From positions 64,001 to 128,000 of the forward strand of contig OZ220696.1 in the NCBI GenBank assembly GCA_965116495.1: DNA of 64,000 nucleotides. The letters are read 5' to 3'. This DNA comes from Gammaproteobacteria bacterium (lineage in GTDB: Bacteria; Pseudomonadota; Gammaproteobacteria; Eutrophobiales; Eutrophobiaceae). How positions within the stretch are numbered: position 1 is the stretch's first letter; every line of letters starts with the position of its first letter. The notes under the pieces were generated by a model that saw nothing but the letters and a program-made list of their open reading frames with translations, ran no database searches and was not told the DNA's origin. Positions 29,888 through 40,218 of this stretch are shown in pieces. Made by a program: the position numbers and the translations under genes.

Positions 29888-31999
29888 TTATCTTCTGCTG
29901 ATTTTGGATACGTGGGGAATATTCCTGATCCGCCTGATAATGTTAGCCAGATGCAGCCGGTCGGAGACTTCCACAACAAATTTCAAGGTCGTATAGCGAT
30001 CATCCTTGTCATTCATTTCCACACTGACGATATTGGCGTTACGCGCAGCGATTTCAGTTGCAATCTTGGCCAGAACACCGCGTTGGTTGGTAACATCCAC
30101 CCTGATATTGGTCGGAAAGCTGCTGCCGATCTCCTCTTCCCAGGCTACGTCAAGCCATTTATCCGGGTGGTTCCTGAATTCCGTCACGTTCGGGCAGGTC
30201 TGGTGATGCACGACAATACCGCGGCCGGTTGTAACAAACCCGAGAATAGGATCACCGGGTATGGGACGGCAGCACTTGGGGAAGTTTACTACCATGCCTT
30301 CGGTGCCTCTTATGGTCAGCGGCGCGCTGTTGCGGCTGGTTCTCTTTTTTGTCCTGACCGGTTTTTCTATCAGTTGCCTTGCAACGATGGCGGCAATCCT
30401 GTTGCCCAGGCCCACTTCCTGTAGTAATTCGTTCTGGTTGTCCAGGTTGAATTCCTTCACCAGCTTGTTCCATTGGGGAGGTTTGATTTCATCATAACTG
30501 GTCGAATAAAGCTTGAGTTCCCTGACGAGCAGGCGTTTACCCAGTGAGCGCGCCTCACTCTTGCGGAGATTTTTCAGATAGTGCCTGATGTTTGCCCTGG
30601 CCTTTGCCGTCACGGCAAAATTCAGCCAGGCCGGGTCGGGTTTTGCGCCGGGAGCGGTGATGACCTCGATAGTCTGTCCCGTGGCGAGATGGGTACTCAA
30701 GGGCGCCAGGCGCCGGTCAATCCTGACACCCACGCAACTGTTGCCCACGTCGGTGTGGATTGCATAGGCAAAGTCTACGGCTGTGGCGCCTTTTTGCAGT
30801 TCAAAGATATCTCCCTTGGGCGTGAACGCATAAACGGATTCCGGGAACAGGTCGATTTTAACGTGTTCCAGGAAGTCCTGTGGATTGCCCGCCGCGGTTT
30901 GCATTTCCATGATGTGTTGCAACCACTCCCGGGCGCGTTTATGCGCGCCGGTCCGATCAGCAGGAGGCCCCGATTTATACAACCAGTGTGCCGCAATGCC
31001 AACCTCGGCGACGTCGTTCATGTCCGTGGTCCTGATTTGCACTTCCAGGGGTACGCCGTAGGGTCCGAACAGGACGGTATGCAATGACTGGTAGCCGTTC
31101 GACTTGGGTATGGCCACGTAATCCTTGAATTTTCCCGGAACAGGCCGGTACAGGTTGTGTGCGGTGCCGACCACGCGGTAACAGGTATCCACGTCATCGA
31201 CAACGATACGAAAGGCGTAAACGTCATAGACTTCGCTGAAGGAAAGGTCCTTCTCCAGCATTTTCTGGTATATGCCGTAAAGGTGTTTTTCCCTGCCGAT
31301 TACCTTGGCCGGAATTTTTTCCTGCCGTAAGCGGCGCTTGATGGAGTTTTTTATCTTGGCAATGATTTCTTTGCGATGTCCCCTGGCCTTGATGATCTGT
31401 TCGTTCAGGATGCGGTAGCGCATGGGATAGAGTGTTGCAAAACCCAGGTCCTCAAGTTCCAGGCGGATGCTGTTTATGCCCAGACGCTGGGCTATGGGCG
31501 CATATATCTCCAGGGTTTCCCTGGCTATGCGCCGGCGTTTAGCCGGTTCGAGGGCGCCCAGGGTACGCATGTTGTGCAGCCTATCAGCCAGTTTCACGAT
31601 GATCACGCGGATGTCATTGCTCATGGCCATCAGCATTTTACGAAAGTTCTGGGCCTGGGCTTCCGCATGGGAATCGAATTCAACCTGTGCCAGTTTACTG
31701 ACGCCGTCGACCAGTTCCGCGATACCTTTGCCGAAGCGGCGCACGATTTCTTTTTTTTCGGTGTCGGTGTCTTCTATGACGTCATGCAGAATAGCTGCAG
31801 CCAGGGTCTGGTGGTCCATGTGCATATCGCCAAGAATACCGGCTACTTCCAGGGGGTGGCTGATATAAGGCTCGCCACTTTTGCGATGCTGACCCTCGTG
31901 AGCGGAAGCGCTGAACTCATAGGCGCGGCGTACTTTCTCAACCTCATCGGAGGTGAGATAGCCACCTATCCTTTTTTCAAGTTCGGAAATGGTAGTCAT
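29888..31999 (-). CDS. spoT: Bifunctional (p)ppGpp synthetase/hydrolase SpoT
   Basis: SGEPYISHP, HDVIED, KLADRLHNMRTL, TGS and ACT domains; the start may extend to 32038. Confidence 0.96.
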   Translation of the reverse strand: MTTISELEKRIGGYLTSDEVEKVRRAYEFSASAHEGQHRKSGEPYISHPLEVAGILGDMHMDHQTLAAAILHDVIEDTDTEKKEIVRRFGKGIAELVDGVSKLAQVEFDSHAEAQAQNFRKMLMAMSNDIRVIIVKLADRLHNMRTLGALEPAKRRRIARETLEIYAPIAQRLGINSIRLELEDLGFATLYPMRYRILNEQIIKARGHRKEIIAKIKNSIKRRLRQEKIPAKVIGREKHLYGIYQKMLEKDLSFSEVYDVYAFRIVVDDVDTCYRVVGTAHNLYRPVPGKFKDYVAIPKSNGYQSLHTVLFGPYGVPLEVQIRTTDMNDVAEVGIAAHWLYKSGPPADRTGAHKRAREWLQHIMEMQTAAGNPQDFLEHVKIDLFPESVYAFTPKGDIFELQKGATAVDFAYAIHTDVGNSCVGVRIDRRLAPLSTHLATGQTIEVITAPGAKPDPAWLNFAVTAKARANIRHYLKNLRKSEARSLGKRLLVRELKLYSTSYDEIKPPQWNKLVKEFNLDNQNELLQEVGLGNRIAAIVARQLIEKPVRTKKRTSRNSAPLTIRGTEGMVVNFPKCCRPIPGDPILGFVTTGRGIVVHHQTCPNVTEFRNHPDKWLDVAWEEEIGSSFPTNIRVDVTNQRGVLAKIATEIAARNANIVSVEMNDKDDRYTTLKFVVEVSDRLHLANIIRRIRNIPHVSKISRR

Positions 32000-32175
32000 A
32001 ACGGAAAGTATAACCTGCATTTCCGGAAAAAGGACCAAAACCCTGCACGGCCCGGCGCCGCCGGCAGGTTAATCCCGGTCATGGGACGGATGGAGATTTA
32101 TGCATGGAAAGCATGCCTTGTCCCTTGTCGGCAAAACAGTCTTCCAGGGTTGTTCGGGTTAATTGAAAACCCGTA

Positions 32176-32460
32176 TCAGAATGAGTCCTCGTTGGGGATT
32201 TCGCTTGATTCCACTGTCTGGAATTCAATGTCATCTATATCGGCATCAAACCGTGATCTGCCGATGGCTTCAATATTTTCATAGGTCACGACTCCTGCCG
32301 CAATCTCCCGCAATGCCATTACAGTCGGCTTATCCGATTGGTCCTCGATCAGGGGGTCGGAGCCCATAAGGAGTTGCCGGGTACGTTTGCTTGCCAGCAA
32401 AACCAGGTCATAGCGGTTTTCAAGATTTTCCAAACAGTCTTCTACAGTCAGTCTAGCCAT
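32176..32460 (-). CDS. rpoZ: RNA polymerase omega subunit
   Basis: MARLTVEDC...NRYDLVL.A.KR...DKPTV.ALREIA. Confidence 0.97.
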   Translation of the reverse strand: MARLTVEDCLENLENRYDLVLLASKRTRQLLMGSDPLIEDQSDKPTVMALREIAAGVVTYENIEAIGRSRFDADIDDIEFQTVESSEIPNEDSF

Positions 32461-32555
32461 GTTAATTCCTGCGGTATGAAAGTGCCCTACGGATATTGAT
32501 CCCGTTGAAGAAACCTGTCAGGAGGTTGCTGCCAACGCTCGTACAACGCCACAGT

Positions 32556-33197
32556 TTACCGGATATTGCCGCCTTGATGCAATAATTGCTTAAGCAGGTT
32601 CTCAAAATAAGCCTGCTGACGGCCATAATTATGCCGGGCAGAGACCAGGATCGCGGCAAGCTGTTCCAGTGTGTCATCAAAGTTGTCATTGACTACCAGG
32701 TAGTCATATTCATGATAATGCTCTATTTCGCTGACAGCATCACGCAGGCGCCGGCGGATATTCCGTTCATCATCGCCCCGTCCCTTCAGGCGTTCTTCCA
32801 GCGCCGCAAGCGAAGGCGGCAGGATATAGATATTGATGGCGTCTTTCATGAGCGCCCGCACCTGTTGAGCGCCCTGCCAGTCTATCTCCAGGATGATGTC
32901 CTTCCCGTCAGCCAGTTGTTCTTGCACCCAGGCGCGCGAGGTGCCGTAAAGATGATCAAATACGTTAGCGTGCTCCAGGAACCGGTCCTGTTCAAGCAGG
33001 GCCTGAAATTTGTCTTCACTGACAAAGAAATAATCCATCCCGTGCTTCTCATTGGGCCGCGGGGGCCTGGTGGTATGCGAAATGGAAACACATAAATCGG
33101 GAATGGCATCCACCAGCGCCCGCACCAGGGAGGTCTTCCCGGCACCGGAAGGCGCGCAGATAATGAATAGGATGCCTTTGCGTTTGGAGGTGGGCAT
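32556..33197 (-). CDS. gmk: Guanylate kinase
   Basis: APSGAGKTSL, SHTTRPPR, YGTS, LEIDWQGA. Confidence 0.97.
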   Translation of the reverse strand: MPTSKRKGILFIICAPSGAGKTSLVRALVDAIPDLCVSISHTTRPPRPNEKHGMDYFFVSEDKFQALLEQDRFLEHANVFDHLYGTSRAWVQEQLADGKDIILEIDWQGAQQVRALMKDAINIYILPPSLAALEERLKGRGDDERNIRRRLRDAVSEIEHYHEYDYLVVNDNFDDTLEQLAAILVSARHNYGRQQAYFENLLKQLLHQGGNIR

Positions 33198-35788
33198 TAA
33201 TTTCCTGCCATACGATCAGTCAGTTCTTTCCGTGCTGATTTCTGAAGCCTTTTTTCATTGATTTGATTACGAATATCCTCGGCTACCTCAAGTATTTCAG
33301 CGGGTGCTCGCACCGACTCGCCTGCATTTTGGCGCAGGGCGATAACCAGGGGTTCCAACGTAGCTGATTTTGCGCTGTCACTGGACAGAATATTGACCAA
33401 ATCATACTCTGATAGGCCTGATGTAATCAAGTCAGGCACAATGCTGATCATCCCCTGCATCATTGTTTCAACGTCGGGCATGAACGCGGTATAGGCAAGA
33501 TGAAACGCTTCCAATGCGGCCTGTGTCTCCCCCTGTAACTGCAATGCTTCTGTTCGAAGACACATTACTCGCCATCTGAATATGTTTCCTTCTTCGCCGC
33601 TCAAGTATTTCCCAAGCCTTTGTTCGAGTTCTTCACATATTTCCAGGGCCTTATGTACGTTTTTGAGCCGGATTAGGCACTTACTTTTGTCGCTTAATGC
33701 TTGGGCAACCCACATCTGCATATCCCGTGCGCTACTTGTGCCAAAACGTCCGACGAATTCATCACAGGTGGTAATTGCGGCTGTATAATCACCAAGTTTT
33801 GCTAGCGCATTTGCTTCATGAACAAATGCGGCAGCAACCCACCTTTGAATATCAGGCACTTCACTCGCACCAAAACGCTCAACCACCGCGGCGTAGGCAG
33901 AAATTGCAGCTTCTAATTCGCCCAGTTTACTTAGTGCATTTCCTTTCTCGAACAATGCGACGGCAATGTCCTGCTGGATATTTGGAACGTTATCGGCACT
34001 GAATTGCTTAACAACCTGAGCGTAGACTGCGATTGCCGCGTCGAAATTACCGAGATTTTCCAGTGCCCTGCCTTTGTTAATCAAAGCTGAAGCTGCCAAT
34101 CTTTGAATGTCTTGTGCGCTACCGGACTCAAACCGTTCGACTACTCCGTCATAGACTGCTATAGCAGTATCGAAATCATTGATCTTTTCTAGCATCTCGC
34201 CTTTGTCCACCAAAGCTACGGTAACCCACCATTGGATCTCCATTGCGTCACTGGTACCAAAACGCTCTACAACCTCGTCGTAGGCTACGAGCGCTGTTTT
34301 GAAATCATCAAGTTCTCGTAACGCATCACCCTTAAGGCACAAGGCGATGGCAACCGTTAGCTGGATATTTGGATCGTCACTGACTCCAAAACGCTCGACA
34401 ACCTCATCGTAGGCCGAGATAGCTCCCCCGAAATCGTTGAGTTCTTTCCTCTCTCTTCCTTTTACGATTAATGTAAAGGCGACTTGCAACTCCAGGTGGT
34501 TAGAATAAAGACTCTTAATCTGTGGGTGTTCGGTAGCTGCCCTCCTCAAGCCCTCATGAATGACGGCGGATTTTGCCATATCCCGGATCAGACTATGGAA
34601 AATCTCAGTTTGTTCCTTTTCGCTATAAAACGTCACAATAAAGCGGATTAGATTTTGCACAACAGCCGCTTCATCGCGTTCGCGACGCAGTTTGTAATAA
34701 ATGCTGTAAAGACGTTCGACAGCGCTATACAAGCGCTTTTTACCGCTTCCTTCCACGATTACTGCACCCCGATTTATCAATCGACCAAGCATTGTTGATA
34801 CAGTCCGAACGTCCATGCGCGCTCGCTCCGCAATCTCACCGGGTTTGGATGGTTGCCAGAGATCGAGCACAGCAACGTAAACTCGCCGTTCGGTCTTTGC
34901 CAGCACTTCGAGATGACCACGAAAATACTCAGTGTGCTCATCGATAAGCGTAACCAGTTCTTCCATCAGTTGACGCAGGGATCGATGTTGTGTGAAGCCG
35001 GCAATGATCACCAACAGACGGGGATTGCCACCAGTCAGTATTTGAAGCGGTCTGATCTCCCGCCCTCGAACTGAATCGCCGCTGATTACCTGCCATAAAC
35101 AACCACATTCTTCGGTGGTCAGCGGTTCCAGGTCGATGATCCGGAACAACTCGAAGAACGGTTGGCTGGCATCGTCCAGACCTTTGAACCGGTTAGTGGC
35201 GGAAGCAAGCAAAATGACCTGTGGTTCCGACTGCAATATTGCCCGTAATTTCCAGCCAAAATCTTTATCCAGGTTCTCAAGTGATTGCAGGTTCTCGACC
35301 ATGAGGACAAGTTTCTTGCCCAATTGATCTGCGGTATCCAATACGGTCGCGCGGACGCGCTCCTCAAGTGACTGCTCGCGCCACTGTCTGCTGAGGTCCT
35401 CGTAAGTGCTTCGTAATTGGGCGGCGAGGGCGGGGTGTTGTGCGGCAGTCTCCCGCGCAAGGTGGAACAATGTTTCAAGCCAGAAGTCAGCAATATTTGA
35501 AATCTCCTGATTCTCTTCCATGAAACGGACCGGCATCAGATGCTCGGAGAACTCGTTCTTTGTGCGTATTTCGGCCGCTACACGAGCCAGCAGCATGGTT
35601 TTCCCCCGTCCACGAGGCGCGGTGATCAGGGTATGTTGGCAGGATGGTGATCCGATATTGTCCCGCAGCACATCAAGTATGGTATCGCATTCGTGCTTCC
35701 TTACTACGAACTGTTCTACCACTTCTACATCGGACTGGAATGCCCCCGGATTAAATTTACGGATTGGACGCTCTGGGATACTTGCCAT
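33197..35788 (-). CDS. STAND-like P-loop ATPase + winged-HTH + 43-aa TPR-like repeats
   Basis: Walker A APRGRGKT, atypical Walker B LVLMVEN, GGNPRL, HTH (PGEIAERARMDVRTVSTMLGRL), about 7 repeats of AI.AYD.VVERFG.S....IQ..VA.AL..KG; likely start is ATG 35788. Confidence 0.85.
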   Translation of the reverse strand: MASIPERPIRKFNPGAFQSDVEVVEQFVVRKHECDTILDVLRDNIGSPSCQHTLITAPRGRGKTMLLARVAAEIRTKNEFSEHLMPVRFMEENQEISNIADFWLETLFHLARETAAQHPALAAQLRSTYEDLSRQWREQSLEERVRATVLDTADQLGKKLVLMVENLQSLENLDKDFGWKLRAILQSEPQVILLASATNRFKGLDDASQPFFELFRIIDLEPLTTEECGCLWQVISGDSVRGREIRPLQILTGGNPRLLVIIAGFTQHRSLRQLMEELVTLIDEHTEYFRGHLEVLAKTERRVYVAVLDLWQPSKPGEIAERARMDVRTVSTMLGRLINRGAVIVEGSGKKRLYSAVERLYSIYYKLRRERDEAAVVQNLIRFIVTFYSEKEQTEIFHSLIRDMAKSAVIHEGLRRAATEHPQIKSLYSNHLELQVAFTLIVKGRERKELNDFGGAISAYDEVVERFGVSDDPNIQLTVAIALCLKGDALRELDDFKTALVAYDEVVERFGTSDAMEIQWWVTVALVDKGEMLEKINDFDTAIAVYDGVVERFESGSAQDIQRLAASALINKGRALENLGNFDAAIAVYAQVVKQFSADNVPNIQQDIAVALFEKGNALSKLGELEAAISAYAAVVERFGASEVPDIQRWVAAAFVHEANALAKLGDYTAAITTCDEFVGRFGTSSARDMQMWVAQALSDKSKCLIRLKNVHKALEICEELEQRLGKYLSGEEGNIFRWRVMCLRTEALQLQGETQAALEAFHLAYTAFMPDVETMMQGMISIVPDLITSGLSEYDLVNILSSDSAKSATLEPLVIALRQNAGESVRAPAEILEVAEDIRNQINEKRLQKSARKELTDRMAGN

Positions 35789-35802
35789 CGATCTTGCTGC
35801 GT

Positions 35803-37029
35803 TTATTTGTTGTCCGGAACGCGCGTCGGAAGGGGGATATGATGCCCGCGAAAACGCGCCGACCACCAATCCTTCAACAATCTCGATGGGAAGCGATAAC
35901 CATCTCCGGCAGGACTGAGATAGCCATCGTGTACGAGGACTTCGAGAGTATCCATGGTACGTCGGGACACATCATCAACTACATTGGAGTACAACTGTTC
36001 AAGGCATCGTCGCGCATCATGGGTGAACAAATCCTGGGTAGCCGCCTCTGCAAGAATTTCCATCGCTATGGAATAGTTTTCATCTTCGAGTGCTTCTTTC
36101 AAGCGTGTCTCATAATGCACCAGGTCGTTCTGTCCGGGAGGTCCGAGAAGCTCAGTACGATAGACCGTCCCCACATCCTCAACTAAAATTCGGTCTTGCC
36201 CTCGCATCACGGTGAAATCCCGCATACGTGCGAAAAAAGATTGGACGTGATGGGGAATGCCAACGCCTAGAGTTTCGTATACCTCGCCAGCTACCCCGTT
36301 CTCTACGTTCAGTTCGTAATTCTCTGCCAGAAGATTAAAACAGTCGATACTGGTATCTCGATCCCAGGGCGCAAGGCGATAGGGATAAAGATGGTTGATC
36401 CGGTCAGATATACCCAGTCTGCGCACAAGGGGTTCAAGTCCGATACTTCCCGAAATGATCAGGACCGGTGAATTCTCCCCATGAGACTGGAGCGCCTTGC
36501 GCAACCAACTCAAAAATTCATCAACCCGTCCCGCGTCGCCATCATGCTGAACCATCCGTTTAAGGAAAATGGGAAGCTCGTCAATTACCAGAAGTACCGG
36601 CTTATCGTGCATGGAGCAGGCATTCAGTAGTTGCTCCCCGTGACGTCGCCAGCTTCCAGTATCCAGCCCGGCGCGAATCTTCACGCTGAAATCGTAAGCA
36701 TTAATTTCCTCAACGTTGACATTCAACCAGCGTTTCATTCCGTTGGCAAAACGGGACGATATCGGGCGCACCGGATGTACTGCACGGGCAATTTCAGCGA
36801 TTGCGTCTTCAGCACAGGTTGCACCTTCGACGTCGGCAAAAAGAAAAGCCCAGTCCGAGGTTTCAAGGCGACGTCCCAACTCCATAACGACACTGGTCTT
36901 TCCCATGCGCCGTTGTCCTGTGAGTAGTACGTGATTATGGTCTTTCACGTAATTTTCCAGTATTCTCAAATCGGCCTCGCGATCAAAAAAGTCATCTCCG
37001 CAGACCCAGCGACCGGTTGACGATCTCAT
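35803..37029 (-). CDS. STAND-like/archaeal-type AAA ATPase with C-terminal winged helix
   Basis: FFDRE, Walker A GQRRMGKTS, Walker B LLVIDE, SGSIGL, GIPHHVQ, L.HDGYL...YRF...LLKDWW; ATG 37029 preceded by AAGGAG. Confidence 0.85.
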   Translation of the reverse strand: MRSSTGRWVCGDDFFDREADLRILENYVKDHNHVLLTGQRRMGKTSVVMELGRRLETSDWAFLFADVEGATCAEDAIAEIARAVHPVRPISSRFANGMKRWLNVNVEEINAYDFSVKIRAGLDTGSWRRHGEQLLNACSMHDKPVLLVIDELPIFLKRMVQHDGDAGRVDEFLSWLRKALQSHGENSPVLIISGSIGLEPLVRRLGISDRINHLYPYRLAPWDRDTSIDCFNLLAENYELNVENGVAGEVYETLGVGIPHHVQSFFARMRDFTVMRGQDRILVEDVGTVYRTELLGPPGQNDLVHYETRLKEALEDENYSIAMEILAEAATQDLFTHDARRCLEQLYSNVVDDVSRRTMDTLEVLVHDGYLSPAGDGYRFPSRLLKDWWSARFRGHHIPLPTRVPDNK

Positions 37030-37047
37030 GATATTTCGCTCCTTATG

Positions 37048-37103
37048 CAACAATTTTGTTGAATTAAGCCATACAACAAAATTGATGTCAACAAAATTGT
37101 TGA
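37048..37103. promoter_or_regulatory. Three copies of the palindrome CAACAA-NN-TTGTTG (putative operator array)
   Basis: caacaattttgttg 37048-37061, caacaaaattgatg 37074-37087, caacaaaattgttg 37089-37102, immediately upstream of the ATPase RBS. Confidence 0.7.
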
Positions 37104-37153
37104 ATAAAAAGGAACAGCTCCTAATAGTAGGAAAAGCCAATCCGTTTGACTGA

Positions 37154-38263
<1,110 letters not shown>

Positions 38264-38338
38264 CCTTGAATAGCTTACCCAAAGCTGCCCACAGATTGAC
38301 TGAATTCCGAAAAAGAATGGTTTATCATTGTTGGCAGC

Positions 38339-38689
38339 ATGGGTTTACTGACCACACACGTTCTGGATACGGCGCATGGCTTGCCCGCCGCGGGCATGAC
38401 GGTCGAATTGTTTTCGATTGATGGTGACGCGCGTTCCCTGGTGAAGACCGTAACGACCAATTCGAACGGGCGTTGCGACGAGCCGATGCTTGCTGGAGAA
38501 GCATTCAGGGTGGGCTCCTGGGAACTGGTGTTTCACGTAGCCGACTATTTCACTTCCCGGGGGGTCGAGTTGTCTGACCCGCCGTTTCTCGACCGGGTGA
38601 CTTTGCGTTTCGGCATTGCCGCCGCTGAGCATTACCATGTTCCCCTGCTGGTCTCGCCCTGGAGCTACAGCACGTATCGCGGAAGCTGA
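38339..38689 (+). CDS. uraH: 5-hydroxyisourate hydrolase
   Basis: LTTHVLD, GR, HYHVPLL, C-terminal YRGS. Confidence 0.96.
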   Translation: MGLLTTHVLDTAHGLPAAGMTVELFSIDGDARSLVKTVTTNSNGRCDEPMLAGEAFRVGSWELVFHVADYFTSRGVELSDPPFLDRVTLRFGIAAAEHYHVPLLVSPWSYSTYRGS

Positions 38690-38693
38690 CTTC

Positions 38694-40199
38694 ATGTCCG
38701 CAACAGAGCAAAAAGACGAGGATAACGGGACAATACGTTTCCTGCTGGATAACCGCGTGCATGAAGTTATGAATGCCGCGCCGACAACCACGGTATTGAA
38801 TTACCTGAGGGAGGAATTGCAACGCACAGGTACCAAGGAAGGCTGTGCGGAAGGGGATTGCGGCGCCTGTACCGTCGTCGTTGCCGAAGCGGACGCGGGA
38901 GGGGTACGCTTCCGTTCCATCAATTCCTGTATCCAGTTCCTCCCGACCCTGGACGGCAAGGCGTTATTCACCGTGGAGAGTTTGAAGAAGATCAGCAACG
39001 CTGCGTTACATCCGGTGCAGCAGGCCATGGTGGATTGCCACGGTTCCCAATGCGGTTTCTGTACACCGGGTTTTGTCATGTCGTTGTTTGCCCTGTACAG
39101 GAATAATGCCGGGCCGGAGCGGGCGGAGATCGATGACGCCCTGTCGGGCAACCTGTGCCGGTGTACCGGTTACCGGCCTATCATCGATGCGGCAGCCAGG
39201 ATGTATGACTACGGGGAGGACCTTGTCGACGAAGGGGAACTGGCGCGCCGGCTTGAGGAGATACGCCCGGATATTTCCCTGGAGTTGCCGGCACGCAGTC
39301 ATTCCCGCGCCGAAGCAGCGGACAGGTCCGGTAGTGCCGAACCCGACAGGTACTTTGCCCCGGCAAGCCTGTCCGAACTGGCGGATTTGCTGGTACGCTA
39401 TCCCGGCGCCACGATACTGGCCGGCGGTACCGACGTGGGCCTGTGGGTTACCAAGCAATACCGCGAGCTTCCCGTCATCATCTACATAGGCCGGGTGGGT
39501 GAACTGGATTATGTTGAAGAGACTGAAGACCGCCTGGAAATAGGCGCTGCCGTGAGTCTTACCGATGCGTTTACTGCCCTGGAAAAACACTATCCCGACC
39601 TGTCTGAGATCATGCGCCGGTTTGCCTCGCCTCCGATCCGCAATGCCGGTACCCTGTGCGGCAATATCGCCAACGGTTCGCCTATCGGCGATACGATGCC
39701 GGCGCTGATCAGCCTGGGTGCCGTACTGGTCTTGCGTTGCGGCGACCAGGTACGCGAATTACCCCTGGATGAATTTTACCTGGGTTACCAGGTAAAGGCC
39801 TTGCAGCAATCCGAGTTTGTCCAGGCAGTACGGGTTCCATTGGCGCGGGGAACCGGCCAATATTTCCGTTCCTACAAGATTGCCAAACGTTACGACCAGG
39901 ATATCTCCTCTGTCTGCGGCGCTTATTTCATACAGCTTGAGGCAGACGCCGTTACCGATGCACGCATCTGTTACGGCGGTATGGCGGCGGTCCCGCAACG
40001 GGCGAGACAATGTGAAGCTGCATTACGCGGCCGGCCCTGGAGTGATGCGACAATTGAAACGGCGTTGCAGGCCCTGGCGGAGGATTACCAGCCGTTGACC
40101 GATATGCGCGCGTCGGCCCAATACCGCGCACGCGTAGCCGGCAACCTGTTAAAAAGGTTCTACCTTGATACCACGGGCGAAGAAGTTTCGATATGGTAA
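38694..40199 (+). CDS. xdhA: Xanthine dehydrogenase small (2Fe-2S/FAD) subunit
   Basis: GTKEGCAEGDCGACT, HGSQCGFCTPGF, GNLCRCTGY, AGGTD, NGSPIGD. Confidence 0.95.
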   Translation: MSATEQKDEDNGTIRFLLDNRVHEVMNAAPTTTVLNYLREELQRTGTKEGCAEGDCGACTVVVAEADAGGVRFRSINSCIQFLPTLDGKALFTVESLKKISNAALHPVQQAMVDCHGSQCGFCTPGFVMSLFALYRNNAGPERAEIDDALSGNLCRCTGYRPIIDAAARMYDYGEDLVDEGELARRLEEIRPDISLELPARSHSRAEAADRSGSAEPDRYFAPASLSELADLLVRYPGATILAGGTDVGLWVTKQYRELPVIIYIGRVGELDYVEETEDRLEIGAAVSLTDAFTALEKHYPDLSEIMRRFASPPIRNAGTLCGNIANGSPIGDTMPALISLGAVLVLRCGDQVRELPLDEFYLGYQVKALQQSEFVQAVRVPLARGTGQYFRSYKIAKRYDQDISSVCGAYFIQLEADAVTDARICYGGMAAVPQRARQCEAALRGRPWSDATIETALQALAEDYQPLTDMRASAQYRARVAGNLLKRFYLDTTGEEVSIW

Positions 40200-40218
40200 T
40201 GAGTGAGCGGATGCCAAC

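Noticed and set aside
33620-34490. 129-bp periodicity in the ATPase-TPR gene as a DGR or recombination cassette
   Set aside because: It is explained by diverged protein repeats; no reverse transcriptase, adenine-specific variation or recombinase was seen.
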